Assembly: GCA_037447605.1 (NCBI GenBank)
Contig: CM074820.1
Span: 124,001 to 188,000, forward strand
Direction: 5' to 3'
DNA length: 64,000 bases
Origin: Zygnema circumcarinatum SAG 698-1b
Taxonomy: Eukaryota; Plantae; Zygnematophyceae
This document shows, in pieces, positions 52,876 to 64,000 of the stretch (the stretch's first letter is position 1; every line of letters begins with the position of its first letter). Position numbers and translations under genes: made by a program. The notes beneath the pieces are model-generated. The model was not told the DNA's origin, ran no database searches, and saw only the letters and a list, made by a program, of their open reading frames with translations.

Positions 52876-53036
52876 TAGGGGGTGTCAGACTTAAAAAATT
52901 TCAGTACGCGTGTTCGTAAGTTTGACATCAGAACGAGTACTCCAGTATAATAGCGATCCTCCTGCGGCGGAGTACTTTCGTAACCTTTTTTTTCGTAACG
53001 CTTTTCGTAAGATTTTGTTAAGTCTGACACCCCCTA
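52876..53036. mobile_element. Candidate MITE (157 bp with TA flanks, 17 bp perfect TIR)
   Basis: TA-GGGGGTGTCAGACTTAA (52876-52894) pairs with TTAAGTCTGACACCCCC-TA (53018-53036); AT-rich noncoding interior with four TTCGTAA. Confidence 0.7.
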
Positions 53037-53573
53037 TTGAAGGCGGGAGAGCGGGAGAACCGGGCGGAACGAGCCCGGGATTAGGGCGGGCTGGCTGGCT
53101 GGCCAGGCGCGGAATTAGGGTTGGGAGGGAGCCATGGATAGGGTTCAAGGCCGGATGGAAAACCAATTTTGTATAGATTTTACGGATTAGGATTTAAGAC
53201 GCCGCCCAACCGAGCGGGTCTGAAATAGGGCTCGACGAGATTCCATCTTTCAAAGTTAGGGTTGGGTTGCAGGGACTCGGCAGGGGCGCTTGAGAGGGTA
53301 CGGAATTGTCTCGCACGCGGCGGTGGCAGACACTGGGTGTGGCAGCTGAAAGCGGGGATAAGGCGAAACAATTGTACGGAGAATTGGCGCTCTCTTTGGA
53401 AGGGTATGTAAGGTATTGTCTTTGCGCTCCTTGAGAGGGAAATGGCAAACAGGAGCGGAAATGGATTACGCAGAGTTTATTAGCGTTTCTAGGGTTATGG
53501 AATTCCAATTGGGTTGCAGGGTATTGTAGGGTTTGAAAAAGAAGTTGGGACTTGACAGCTTGAGGATTTGGGC

Positions 53574-56500
53574 ATGAGGCAGAGAGGGAGAGGTGGTGGG
53601 AGGGGAGAGAGGGAAGGACAGAACAGGCGGACGGGCGAAGAGGAGAGGGAGGAGCGGGAGCGGGAGCGGGAGAGAGAGAGAGAAAGAGAACGAGAAATAG
53701 TCAGAGCGAGAGAGAGAGTATGGGATCGAGTGGGAAGGAGACATGGAGAGGCGGAAAGAACGGCGCAGGTCAAATGGAGGGAGGTAAGGAAAACTGATGT
53801 CCAGCACGGAGACAGAGTTTCCGTGAAAAAACGTCTTGGAATTAGAGTTACGGAATCGTTTGGGCAAGCGAAGGTGACGGCGGACCTGCGTTATGCACAT
53901 AGAGAGCGGGGAGGGAGTGAGCGGGCAACAGGGCCCGGCGGCAAAATTTCTGCTGAGGAGGGAGGGGTGGGAGGGGCTTGGAAATTTGAGGAAGATAGGG
54001 GTACGAATGGGGATAAGGAAGAAGCCCTTTTGTTACGGGAAGAGAAGGTGGCATTGGGTCCGTCACGGGGAGTTCATAGAACCGCCCCCCTAAAAGTTCC
54101 GTCTTTCGTTCAAATTTCTCCAAATTCAATCGCCGTATCTCTCCATAAACCACTGGATGAAGCCAGGAATGGAGGAACAGCTGGGAGTTTATCGGAATCA
54201 GATGAAAGTTCGGAGGAAACTTCATCAACACCGTCACCTCCGTCACAGCAGCCGACTTTGGAAAAGTTTGGTGAACCCGAATTTCCGAATCGGTCTGAAG
54301 GTTTCATGATGGGGTTAGAAAATGGCTTTGTGAATTCGGGAAGTTTAGAGAATTTTTCACCTTTGGGAGGATCTCAGGGAAGGTCAAGTATGGCTACGGA
54401 AGCGGGTGGAACGGAGTCGAACGATAGAGAAATGGAAGTTGAGATGGGACAGGCGGTGGGTTCAGAGTCACAGAATTTGGAACAAGTTCATGATGAGAGG
54501 GATTATGAGAACGGAGGAATGGGGTTAGACGGTGAAATGGGCGGGTCGATTTTTGGTTTGAAAGTGATGAAGGGATGTGTGTATGGGAAAGGGAATGAGG
54601 ACGAGGAGGAGGAAGAGGGAGAGTGGGCGAGAGATGGTAGTGGGGAGGGAAAGGGAGAGGGAGAGGAAGAGGGAGAGGGAGAGGGAGAGCGAGAGGGAGA
54701 GGGAGAGAGAGACGGAGAGGAGCGGGTGCTGGAGTGGGAGAGGGCGAGTGGAAAAGCAGAACGTGTGGAGGATGGGGTTTCGGATGAAGGGAGAGGAAAG
54801 GTGATGGAAGGCGCGAAAACGGAGCAGAATAGTCTGGGAAGTAGTAGAGGGAGGGAGTCAAATGGGAGAGGGGATGAGGAGGGAGGGAATGGAGAGTGTG
54901 GGGCAATGGTGAAAGAGGTGGAGGAAGGGGAGGAAGAGGAAGAGGAGATGTTGGACTACGGAGAGTACGAGGAGAGAGAAGAAAAGAAGGATGGGGGATG
55001 GGGGGACAGGGAGGCGGGAGGAGGGGAGAGCGAGAGGAGAGATGCGGAAATGGATGAGAGCATACAAGGAGAATGTGTACAGAGGATATTGGGTGAAGGA
55101 GGGTGGGACATTGAGGAGAATGAGGAGGAAGGAGAATTGCCAAAAGAGGGAGAGGTAGAGGGTGAGAGGGAAGACGCGAGAGTGGAGGGGTATGAGGAGG
55201 AAGGCGAGTGGAATGAGAGAGAGGACGTTCAGGTAGGAGGGATGGAAAGAGGGAGTGAAGGAGGGGAGGAGGTAAGGGACAGAGAGGGGTATGGTTCCTT
55301 TTATCAGACGGAGGGATACTTCTGGGAGGAAGGGGGTCATGTTGTCGATGCGGCGGAGGGAGATGGAGATCGAGAGGGAGTGAGAGGGGGAGACGGAGAG
55401 GGAGACAGTGGAAAGGAGAGGGGACTTGTGGAGTATGAGGGAGAGGGTTTTGAGAATGAAGATAGAAAAGAGTGGGAGCGCGATGGGGAGGGAGCGGAGA
55501 GAGTGGAGGGGAAGAATATGGAGGAGGTGATTAGGGGCGAAATGGGAGAACGAGAGGATGGAAGTGAAGGAGCGAAGCGAAAGGAGGGGATAGTGGGACA
55601 TGATAGGGGTGGTGCCAAAGGGAATTTCGAACAATTTGAAGATGAATATGGTGGATATGGGAGGGGACAAGGCAAGCAACGAATACGGAATGCTGGTGTT
55701 GGTGATACTCAAAATTATGATTCTCGAGGGAGAGGAGGGATAGCGAGAGGCAGAGGAGAAATTGAAGGTACGCGAGAGAAAGGATGGAATGTTAAGCACG
55801 AGAGCGGAAGTGACGGGAAGGAGAGGGAGAAAGCGGCGGGGGGTAGTGGCGGATCAACGAGAGGAGAGAGGGAGGAGAACTTGCAGGCAGAGAAAGGAAT
55901 TTTGAAGGTCAGGAGGAATAGGGGGGGGATGCAAGAAGACGATAAGAGAAAGGAAGGACGAGAGGGTGGAGAGAGAGAAGAGGTAGGGGCCGATAGAGTA
56001 GAATCTGGGGACATGAAGAGAAAGCGAAAGGATGATGAATGCAAAGTGGGCGAAAGAGAGAAAGAGAATTTGAAAGGGAAAGAGAAGGAAGAGAGAGGTG
56101 CGAGGGAGACGGAAAGGGTGAAGGGGACCAAGTGGGAGGAAAGTGGGAAAGAGAAGAAGACGGACAAGGAGAACGACGAGCGAGTGAGAGTGAGGAGTAT
56201 TGAGCAGGAGAAGCACGGGGAGAAGAGAGGTCAACATCTGAACGAGCGGGAGAAGGAGAAAGGGAAGGAGGGCGGGAGAGAGGAGGGAAAGAGAGATGGA
56301 TTATCAGCGGACGTGAAGGGAGAGAAGGCTTTGAGAGAGAGGGAAAGAGAAAGAGCGAGAGAAAAGGATAGAATTAAGGAGAGGGAAAAGGAGGAGTTGG
56401 AGAGGTCAAGGCAGAAAGAGAGAGGACGAGGAACTAGAGAGGATGATGAGAGAGAGAGGAAGAGGAGGAGAGAGAAAGTTGAGGAGAAGGAGCCCTCGAG

Positions 56501-57845
56501 AGTGAGAAGTCGAGAAGGAGTGGAGAATGGGAACGAGAGGAAGAGGGAGCGAAATTGGGAAGATCTGAGAGAGAGAGAGAAAAAAAAGGCGATCAGAGAA
56601 GGAAGAGATGGAAGAGTGATGAATTCAGAGGGAAGCAGTAGAGAAAGATCGGCAGATATGAAGGGGGGCGAAGGGTTAGGGAAGCGAGAGAGGGGAGGGA
56701 GGGAGGTCGGAAGAAGTGTAGTCAAGGGTGATGTGGTAGAGGTTAAAGGGAGGGGAAGGGAGAGGGAGGATGGGGAGGAACGGAAAGAAGGAGAGAGGAG
56801 GATGCAAGAAGTAGATGGAGGAGCAAAAGAAATAGAAGGCAGAGGAGTGGAGGAAAAAAGTGAGGGGGAGAAAAAGAGACAGAGCAGACAGGAGAGAGAT
56901 GGTAAAAGACAAGGAGAAAGAGGAATGGAATTTTCGCCGGAGTCAGGAGAGATAGATGAGGGAGAGGAGAGAATAGGTGTGAGAAAGACAGTAGATTCAG
57001 AAGAGGAGGGAGAGGAGGTAGTAGTGGGATCGAGATGGGGCGGACTCGGAAGGGGAAGGTGGGAAGTGGAGGATGAGGAGGGAGAGGGAGAGGGAGGAGG
57101 AAGAGAAGAGAAGAACGAGAAGGGGGCAGAGCGAGGGGAGGAAGAAAGGTTCAGTGGGGAAGAGATGGGTCCAGAGTCGGGCAGTGCCGAAATTAATTCC
57201 GGCTCAAAAACGCCTCCAGCGGGCAGCTCTGGGAAATTTTGTGGGCGGCATATTGACATGCTTCAAGCCTGCCGTAGTGTGAATGAATTTTTGCAAATGG
57301 ATGTTTTGGGAGAGGGGGTTTATGGAGTAGTTCATCGAGCGAAGGATAAAGTGACAGGAGAGATTTCGGCCTTGAAGAGAGTGAAGTTGGATAGAGAGAG
57401 AGAGGGATTCCCTATGACTTCATTGCGCGAAATAAACATCTTGCTAGCGTTCAACCACCCGTCTATAGTAGACGTGAGAGAGGTGGTAGTGGGGAACGAT
57501 CTCGACAGAATCTATATGGTGATGGAGTACATGGAACACGATTTGAAGGGGGTTTTGGAGACCATGAAACATCCGTTCATGCAATCGGAAGTAAAGTGTT
57601 TGATGATTCAGCTTTTAGAGGGGACTAAATACCTCCACGAGAATTGGGTTTTGCATCGCGACTTGAAAACCTCCAATTTGTTGATGAATAATAAAGGGGA
57701 AATCAAAATTTGCGATTTCGGACTTAGTCGACAGTATGGAGACCCGCTTCGGCCATACACGCAACCTGTGGTCACTCTTTGGTACAGGTAAGAGCACGCT
57801 TCCTCTCTCTCTCCTCCCTCCCTCCCTTCCCTCTCTCTCCCTCTC

Positions 57846-57881
<36 letters not shown>

Positions 57882-59485
57882 GTCTCGCACACACAACACA
57901 CGTCAAGGTGTGTTTGAAGTTATGGGGATTTTGGGAGTCAATGAACTTTACTTTTTTTTTTTTATAGGTAGCCAGATGTGGTTAATAGGATAATAATCTA
58001 CTGCCTTCCTCTTTTCTAAAAATCACAACCAAATATAGAATACCGTTGATGCCCTATTTGATAACGATTTGTCTGTTTCTGTTTCCTTTTCTAATACTCG
58101 ATGTGTTTGGGGGGGGGGGGGGTGGGGGCAGAGCACCCGAACTTCTCCTTGGGAAAAAGGAATATTCGACACCGATCGATATGTGGTCATTGGGATGCAT
58201 AATGGCGGAACTATTTTCAAGAAAGCCCCTTTTTCGGGGAGAGTCGGAAATCGACCAACTGCACAAAATCTTTGAGCTTCTGGGCACGCCGACTGAACGG
58301 ACGTGGCCGGAATTTTCGAAGCTGCCCGAGTTCAAGCGCCTGAAATTTGAGGAGCAGCCCATTTTCCGGTTACGCGAAAAATTTCCCGTCATGGCGGTGG
58401 CTGGAAAACCCACTTTATCGGAAGCGGGTTTTAATTTACTGAAGCAGATGTTGGCATTCGACCCTTCTAAAAGGATAACTGCAGCAGAAGCATTAAAGCA
58501 TCCGTGGTTTTCCGAAGAACCTCACCCAAAATCAAAGTCGGAGATGCCCACTTATCCCATTTTGAGCGAGAAAGAAAGGTGCTTCTCTCGTCCCTCTCTC
58601 GTCCACTTCCTCTCTGTCTCTCTCTATACATACCTCCTACGGAAACTCTCTCCTTTTCAGTCTTGCAAGTTTTTTTTTCTTCTGAGCTGCTCCCCTGTCG
58701 CACTAGCTCTCTCCCACTTCCTCCCTCTCTTTGTTTTTGCCAACCGTAACCCTTAACCTAACCCCAACCCTAACCCAATTTCAAATCCTATTTTTTACGC
58801 TAACCCTAACCCTAACCCTAACCCTAACCCTAACCCTAACCCTAACCCTAACCCTAACCCTAACCCTAACCCTAACCCTAACCCTAACCCTAACCCTAAC
58901 CCTAACCCTAACCCTAACCCTAACCCTAACCCTAACCCTAACTCCTAACTCCTAACCCTAACCCTAACCCTAACCCTAACCCTAACCCTAACCCTAACCC
59001 TAACCTAACCCTAACCCTAACCCTAACCCTAACCCTAACCCTAACCCTAACCCTAACCCCAACCCTAACCCTAACCCTAACCCTAACCTCTAACCCTAAC
59101 CCTAACCCTAACCCTAACCCTAACCCTAACTCCTAACCCTAACTCCTAACCCTAACCCTAACCCTAACCCTAACCCTAACCCTAACCCTAACCCTAACCC
59201 TAACCCTAACCCTAACCCTAACCCTAACCCTAACCCTAACCCTAACCCTAACCCTAACCCTAACCCTAACCCTAACCCTAACCCTAACCCTAACCCTAAC
59301 CCTAACCCTAACCCTAACCCTATCCCTAACCCTGACTCTATCCTACTAAAACGATACATTGAGATTGGGGGCTTTGGACCAGGCGGAGGCGGAGGAGTCA
59401 CCGGAGTCCGGACCCTCTGAAGGAGCAAATGCGGAAGGAGAAGTTGCAGGCGGAGTCCGGCGGAACGGGAGGCCTGTTCTCATAG
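53574..59485 (+). CDS. CDKG: Cyclin-dependent kinase G (CDK11-like) with a very long E/G/R-rich N-terminus (exons 53574-57787, 58132-58578, 59383-59485)
   Basis: [66 protein letters not shown], tail [21 protein letters not shown]; start codon uncertain. Confidence 0.93.
58800..59333 (+). repeat. Interstitial telomere-like array, about 89 CCCTAA hexamers, inside the last CDKG intron
   Basis: Read directly, with occasional variants (CTCCTAA, CCCCAA, CCTAA). Confidence 0.97.
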
Positions 59486-59562
59486 AAATGCAGGAAACAT
59501 TCTGTGTTAAAGATTATCTTCGAAGTGGGTTAGGAGATGAGTAATCCTTAATCCTAATCCTC

Positions 59563-59596
<34 letters not shown>

Positions 59597-60302
59597 GAGA
59601 GAGATAGAGAGGGAGAAAGAGAGAGAGAGATAGCAAAAGAGAGTCTCACGTATGTTGTTCTGAGTGATTGTCGCAAAGAGTTCAGGGCGGTGGTGGTTTG
59701 GGGGGAGTTCACTAGTGATCTTTCTTTAAATAGGAAGTATTTTTATATACTGATGTATACCACGCTCACTTGAGGCAAATTGAGATTTTGTGTCTCTCTC
59801 TCTTTTTTCGGACGTTGTTAGTGGCACAGTCGCAGTTTCTAAAGACCCGTTATTTACTTTTTAATTTACGAAATTAATTGTAGCACAAATGAATTGAGGC
59901 AATTTTGCGAAACCCTCAAGGAAAAGAAAGTCAACTAACAGATTCGAAATGAACCAGTGACAAAATTTCATCTACAAATAATGATAAATAGCCACGACAA
60001 AAGAGGCCAAAAAAAAAAAAACTGAACTCTCAAAATTTGACACCGCCATTTGACGTAGTAGCCGCAGCTAAACCGATTCAATTCCGCCCACAAAACCAAA
60101 CCTTATTCTACCTAACAACACCACTTCCAAACCCTAAAATGCGCTGAACCCTAACATACCTCCCCATCAAACCCTCGCACTACCCCTGAACTCTCAAACC
60201 GTAACAACCCTAAAATTCCCTTAACCCTCCCACACCTCTGAACCCATCTCTCCTACAAACCCTATAACTCCTTAATTTCCCTTTAAACCATAGACTGTCC
60301 CC

Positions 60303-63300
60303 TCACGCCTCGTGCACGCCCAGTCCGTAACTCTTCAAAGTTTTTGCAATGACGGCCCTGGCTTGGTCACAGAGTTGGTCAGGATCGGTCCCCTCTATGG
60401 CCGGATGGATGACTACAGTGACTTGACCAGGCCTCAAAGTGTGCTCCTTGGTATTGGGCATAAGGGCGCCCGCGCCGATGAGGCTGATGGGAACCACGGG
60501 GGATTTGGACTTGGCAGCCAGAGAGAACGCTCCTTTCTGGGGGGGGGAGGGAGAGGGAGTGAGAGGGGGGAGGGGCGAGCAAAGAGGGAGAGATGTGAGA
60601 CAGGGAGAGCAGGAAAAGGGAGGGGAAGGGAAGGGGGGTGGGAGGGGAAGGGGGGTGGGAGGGGTAGGGGGAGGGGGGGGAGAGGGGGGAGATGGGAGGG
60701 AGGGGAAGGGGAAGGGGGGCGGGAGGGGTAGGGGGAGAGGGGGGAGAGGGGAGGGAGGAAAGGGAAGGTGAAGGGGGAGAGGGAAGAGAGGGGGAGAAGG
60801 AGGGGGGAAGGGGAGTGGGAGGTGTGAGAAGGAAGAGAGAGGAAAGGAAAGAAGGATTGGGAAGCGAGTGGGAGAGGGTGAAGGTGATGGGGAGAGGGAG
60901 GAGCGGGGAGGAGAGTGGCGAGCGAGGAAAGGGTTTGGAAAGGGGAAGGGGGGGGGAGAGGGAGAAGGCGAGGAAAGGGAGGAAAGGAGAAGGCGGAGGA
61001 GAGAGAGGGAGAAGGAAGGGGAGTGGGGGGAGGGAGAGAGTGAGAAATAGGTGAGGGGGGAGGGAGAGACGGAGAGCGGAGAGGGAGAAGGGGGAGGAGA
61101 GTGACGAAGAGAGAGTGGAGAGAGTTCCAGATACAGGAGAACGGAGGGGAAGGACGAAAGGGGAAGGGAGGAGGAAGAGTGTGGTGGGGAGAGTGTGAGA
61201 GAGAAAAAGAGAGAGAGAAGAGAGGAGGCGGGGACATAAGCGAGCAGAAGTAAAGGTGCAATTCTACCTTGAATGCATCCATTTTCCCGTCCTTTGTCCT
61301 CGTTCCTTCCGGAAAGAAAAGCACCGAAGCTCCGTCCTTTAGCATACTCAGACATTTGATGAGGCACTCCTGCAAATATTTTATATTAAGGTAAAAAAGG
61401 GGAGCATCCGAGGACAAGTTAGCAGATGAAATTACTGGTCAAGAAAGAAACACTTCAAGCCTCTCCTCCTTCCACGAAACACCCCTCTTCTTCTAGTCAT
61501 CTTTCTCTCCGTATTCATTCAAAGAATTATTGATGGGCAGCTTGAAAACTCCTGCGTCAGCCTTCAGAAAGACATAAGAGTCCCAACATTGAAAATTAAA
61601 CAAAGGGAGACGGTCCAAAAAAAAAAAAAAAAACGCACTCTTTGGCTTCGGCTATCAAGCCGTTTTAACGGAATGTGTCCCGTCAGAAACATGGACCACC
61701 CGATGAACGGAATTAGAAAATTCTCCGTTTTGCTTATGAATTTGAACGGTCTCCATAGTGCGAACAGCGTGAAAATGTCGAGAAAGCTTTGGTGGTTGGC
61801 GACGTATACCGCGGCGACATCAGGCGGCGGCAAATTCTCACGGCCAATAACCTCCACTCTGAAGAGAATGGAGTTCACATAGAGACAAAGGAGGGAGTTG
61901 CCAGCAAGAATGATTGCGACTATGGGAACGGAGAGGGAGGAGGGGGGGGGGAGAGGCGGAGGGGGGAGGGAGGGAGAGGGANNNNNNNNNNGGGAGGGAG
62001 GGAGAGGCGGAGAGGGGAGGGAGGGAGAGGCGGGGGGGGGAGGGAGGGAGAGGCAGAGAGGGGAGGGATGGAGAGGAGGAGAGGGGAGGGAGGGAGAGGC
62101 GGAGAGGGGAAGGAGAGGCGGAGAGGGGAGGGAGGGAGAGAGAGATGGACAGGAAAGGGATGAGAGGAAGCGGAAGATGGGGAGAGGGCAAGGGAGTGGG
62201 AGAAGGAAAGGGTCAAAGAGAACGGGAGGGACAGCAACAGGATAGGGAGAGGGCGGGCGAGAGACAAATTATCCTTATTAATCATTTAGGCAGAGGAGTC
62301 AAACAAACCCACTTATAAAAAGGAGCCATTGTTGCATTTGCCCAGCAGTTATTCGTAAAATGATGGATCCGTCGTTTTACTTTGTCGAATAGAACCACAA
62401 AAGGATGTATTAAGATCATAAGGGCGAATAACGGAACGGCGAGCGTTAAAGTCCACACATAGAATGCGACCGCCCGAATGATCTGTGCTGCAGTGGCGGG
62501 TTCTGCAGTTTAACGGAACGGCAACAGCGTGACAGCGCGGATGACGTCAGTCCAACGGGTGAACTTGACATGAAAACTGGTTTGCAAGCTAAGCACCTTC
62601 ACTTAGCTTTGGGGGAAGAAAATAGTAGTGGAAAAATGTTTGCCAGCAAACCATCTGACCCGAGAAGGAATGGAGAGGGAGAGGAGGGAGGTGAGGCAGG
62701 GGTGAGCGTGTGAGAGAGAAGAAAGCGGGAGAGGAGAGGGAAATGACGAGAGGAAGGGGGAGAGAGCGGGATGACAGGGAGAGAAAGAGACGAACGAGAC
62801 AGCGGGAAGTGGGAGGGGGGGAGGGAGAGAGAGAGAGAAAGAGAGAGAGAGAGAAGGGAGAAGGAGTGGAACTGGGAACGCTAGCTGGCACGTAAAGGAC
62901 AAATACTCAGTGAGGGGGAGAGAGAGAGAGGGAGAGGGAGGGTAAGGAGGGGGAGATGCACCTTTTTCTGAATCTGAGGACGGCAGTTCAAATGGTCCCT
63001 CAGGCACTGCTGCGCCTGCCACCTGGCAGACTGTGGTTGGCCGAAGAGATCTCCTCGTACAGGGTGGACACCCAGCGAGGCGACGCGTGGCAGACAGCTT
63101 TAAGGGCACCGAGCTTCGTGAATGCGACCGTACAATTGCTTGTCTTACCTGGAGCCCATCTCCTGCAGCCGCAGACAATGCGCTTCCGTTCAGTGACAAA
63201 ACGGGTGAAACAGGGAAGAGGGTTACTTTCAAGGTTTTAAATTTATGAGTGTGATGGGTCTAAATTTTTAGGGTTCTAAAAATGGAACTTTTGAGGGTTC

Positions 63301-63740
63301 TAAAAATAGAAGTTTGAGGGTTCAGTTCAGGCTCGCTGCGGTTTTTTTTTTTTTTTTTTTTAAGTTTTATCAGGTGGATCAGGATTATAAAGATTGAAAT
63401 GCCTTCCTTTTGCGAAATAACGGCTGGCGGCAGGATTAAAAAAATTAAAATTCTAGAAATGAAGGGCATGCCACAGACTTGAGCCCTGAACTTATTAACC
63501 CTAAAACTCCAAGAGAGTTTTAGAGTTAATCTTTTAGATTAACTCTAAAATCCCAAAAACCAAAAACCAGAAACTTACTTTCCCTTCGCGTTAGTTAAGC
63601 CCAATCGAGGAGGTGCCCAAGGCCTTCCTTCCCCGAAAGGACGCGGAAGCTTCCTCACCTTGCAGGAGCGGTATGGGCCGCCCGGGCCGTACGGACGGAG
63701 GGGCGAAAGTAGAAGACGGGAGAGAGGAGAGAGCCGCCAT
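60303..63740 (-). CDS. LPAT1: Plastid 1-acyl-sn-glycerol-3-phosphate acyltransferase
   Basis: Transit-like exons 1-2, RAVAFYVWT..HPFV, VANHQSFLD (HX4D), FKFISK, LFFPEGTRTKDG, KGAFSLAAK..VVPISLIG; start codon tentative. Confidence 0.93.
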
Positions 63741-64000
63741 GGCTGGTGCAGGTGCGGGGGGGGAAGAGAAGGGAAAATATGGGACGAGTAGAGAGGGAAG
63801 GAGCGGTAGACGGAGGGAGGGAGGGAGAGCGGGAGAGAGAAGTGGAGAGGGCGAGAGTAAAAGGAAGGAGAGGATAGAATGAACTTCGTCAATGGATAGG
63901 GCGATCTATGTAGTGAATAACGGAACTTAGAAACGACGTCAGTAACAGGATCTGTGACGACACAGGTCCAGCAGTGACTGGAACTGCATGTAGCCGGAGT

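Noticed and set aside
54394-57259. Long antisense ORFs opposite CDKG
   Set aside because: Shadow frames of purine-rich coding sequence (S/L/P/F-rich)
58800-59333. True telomere or chromosome end
   Set aside because: A conserved in-phase CDKG last exon and further genes continue beyond it

Overview
Gene-dense, intron-rich eukaryotic nuclear DNA from a green plant lineage. CT/GA-microsatellite-packed introns, plastid-targeted PDS and LPAT1, and an SLC1/DAACS transporter suggest a streptophyte alga, possibly Closterium-like (inference). It is a draft assembly with five 10-N gaps. Sixteen protein-coding genes were assembled by eye: EMC4(-), CFAP20(-), RBBP5(+), an intronless alpha/beta hydrolase(+), a DAACS transporter(+), a nucleoside hydrolase(+), an EDEM-type GH47 mannosidase with a PA domain(-), a small plastid-type membrane protein(+), PDS(-), glutaminyl cyclase(+), a FAS1 protein(-), two secreted acidic orphan proteins (-/+), NDUFA5(-), CDKG/CDK11(+) and LPAT1(-). 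No tRNA, rRNA or true CRISPR was seen. The most interesting signals are: a cluster of three apparently related secreted acidic prepro-like proteins with GTAC-dense and G-box-dense promoters; a DAACS transporter with a remodelled NMDGT motif; a ~530 bp (CCCTAA)n array filling a CDKG intron; opposed telomere-like repeats bracketing NDUFA5 exon 1; a 157 bp MITE candidate; a repeat-spacer minisatellite carrying MSA-like motifs; GC-AG introns; and an exon-pair duplication that may be an assembly artefact. All identifications rest on manual translation and motif recognition; no searches were run.
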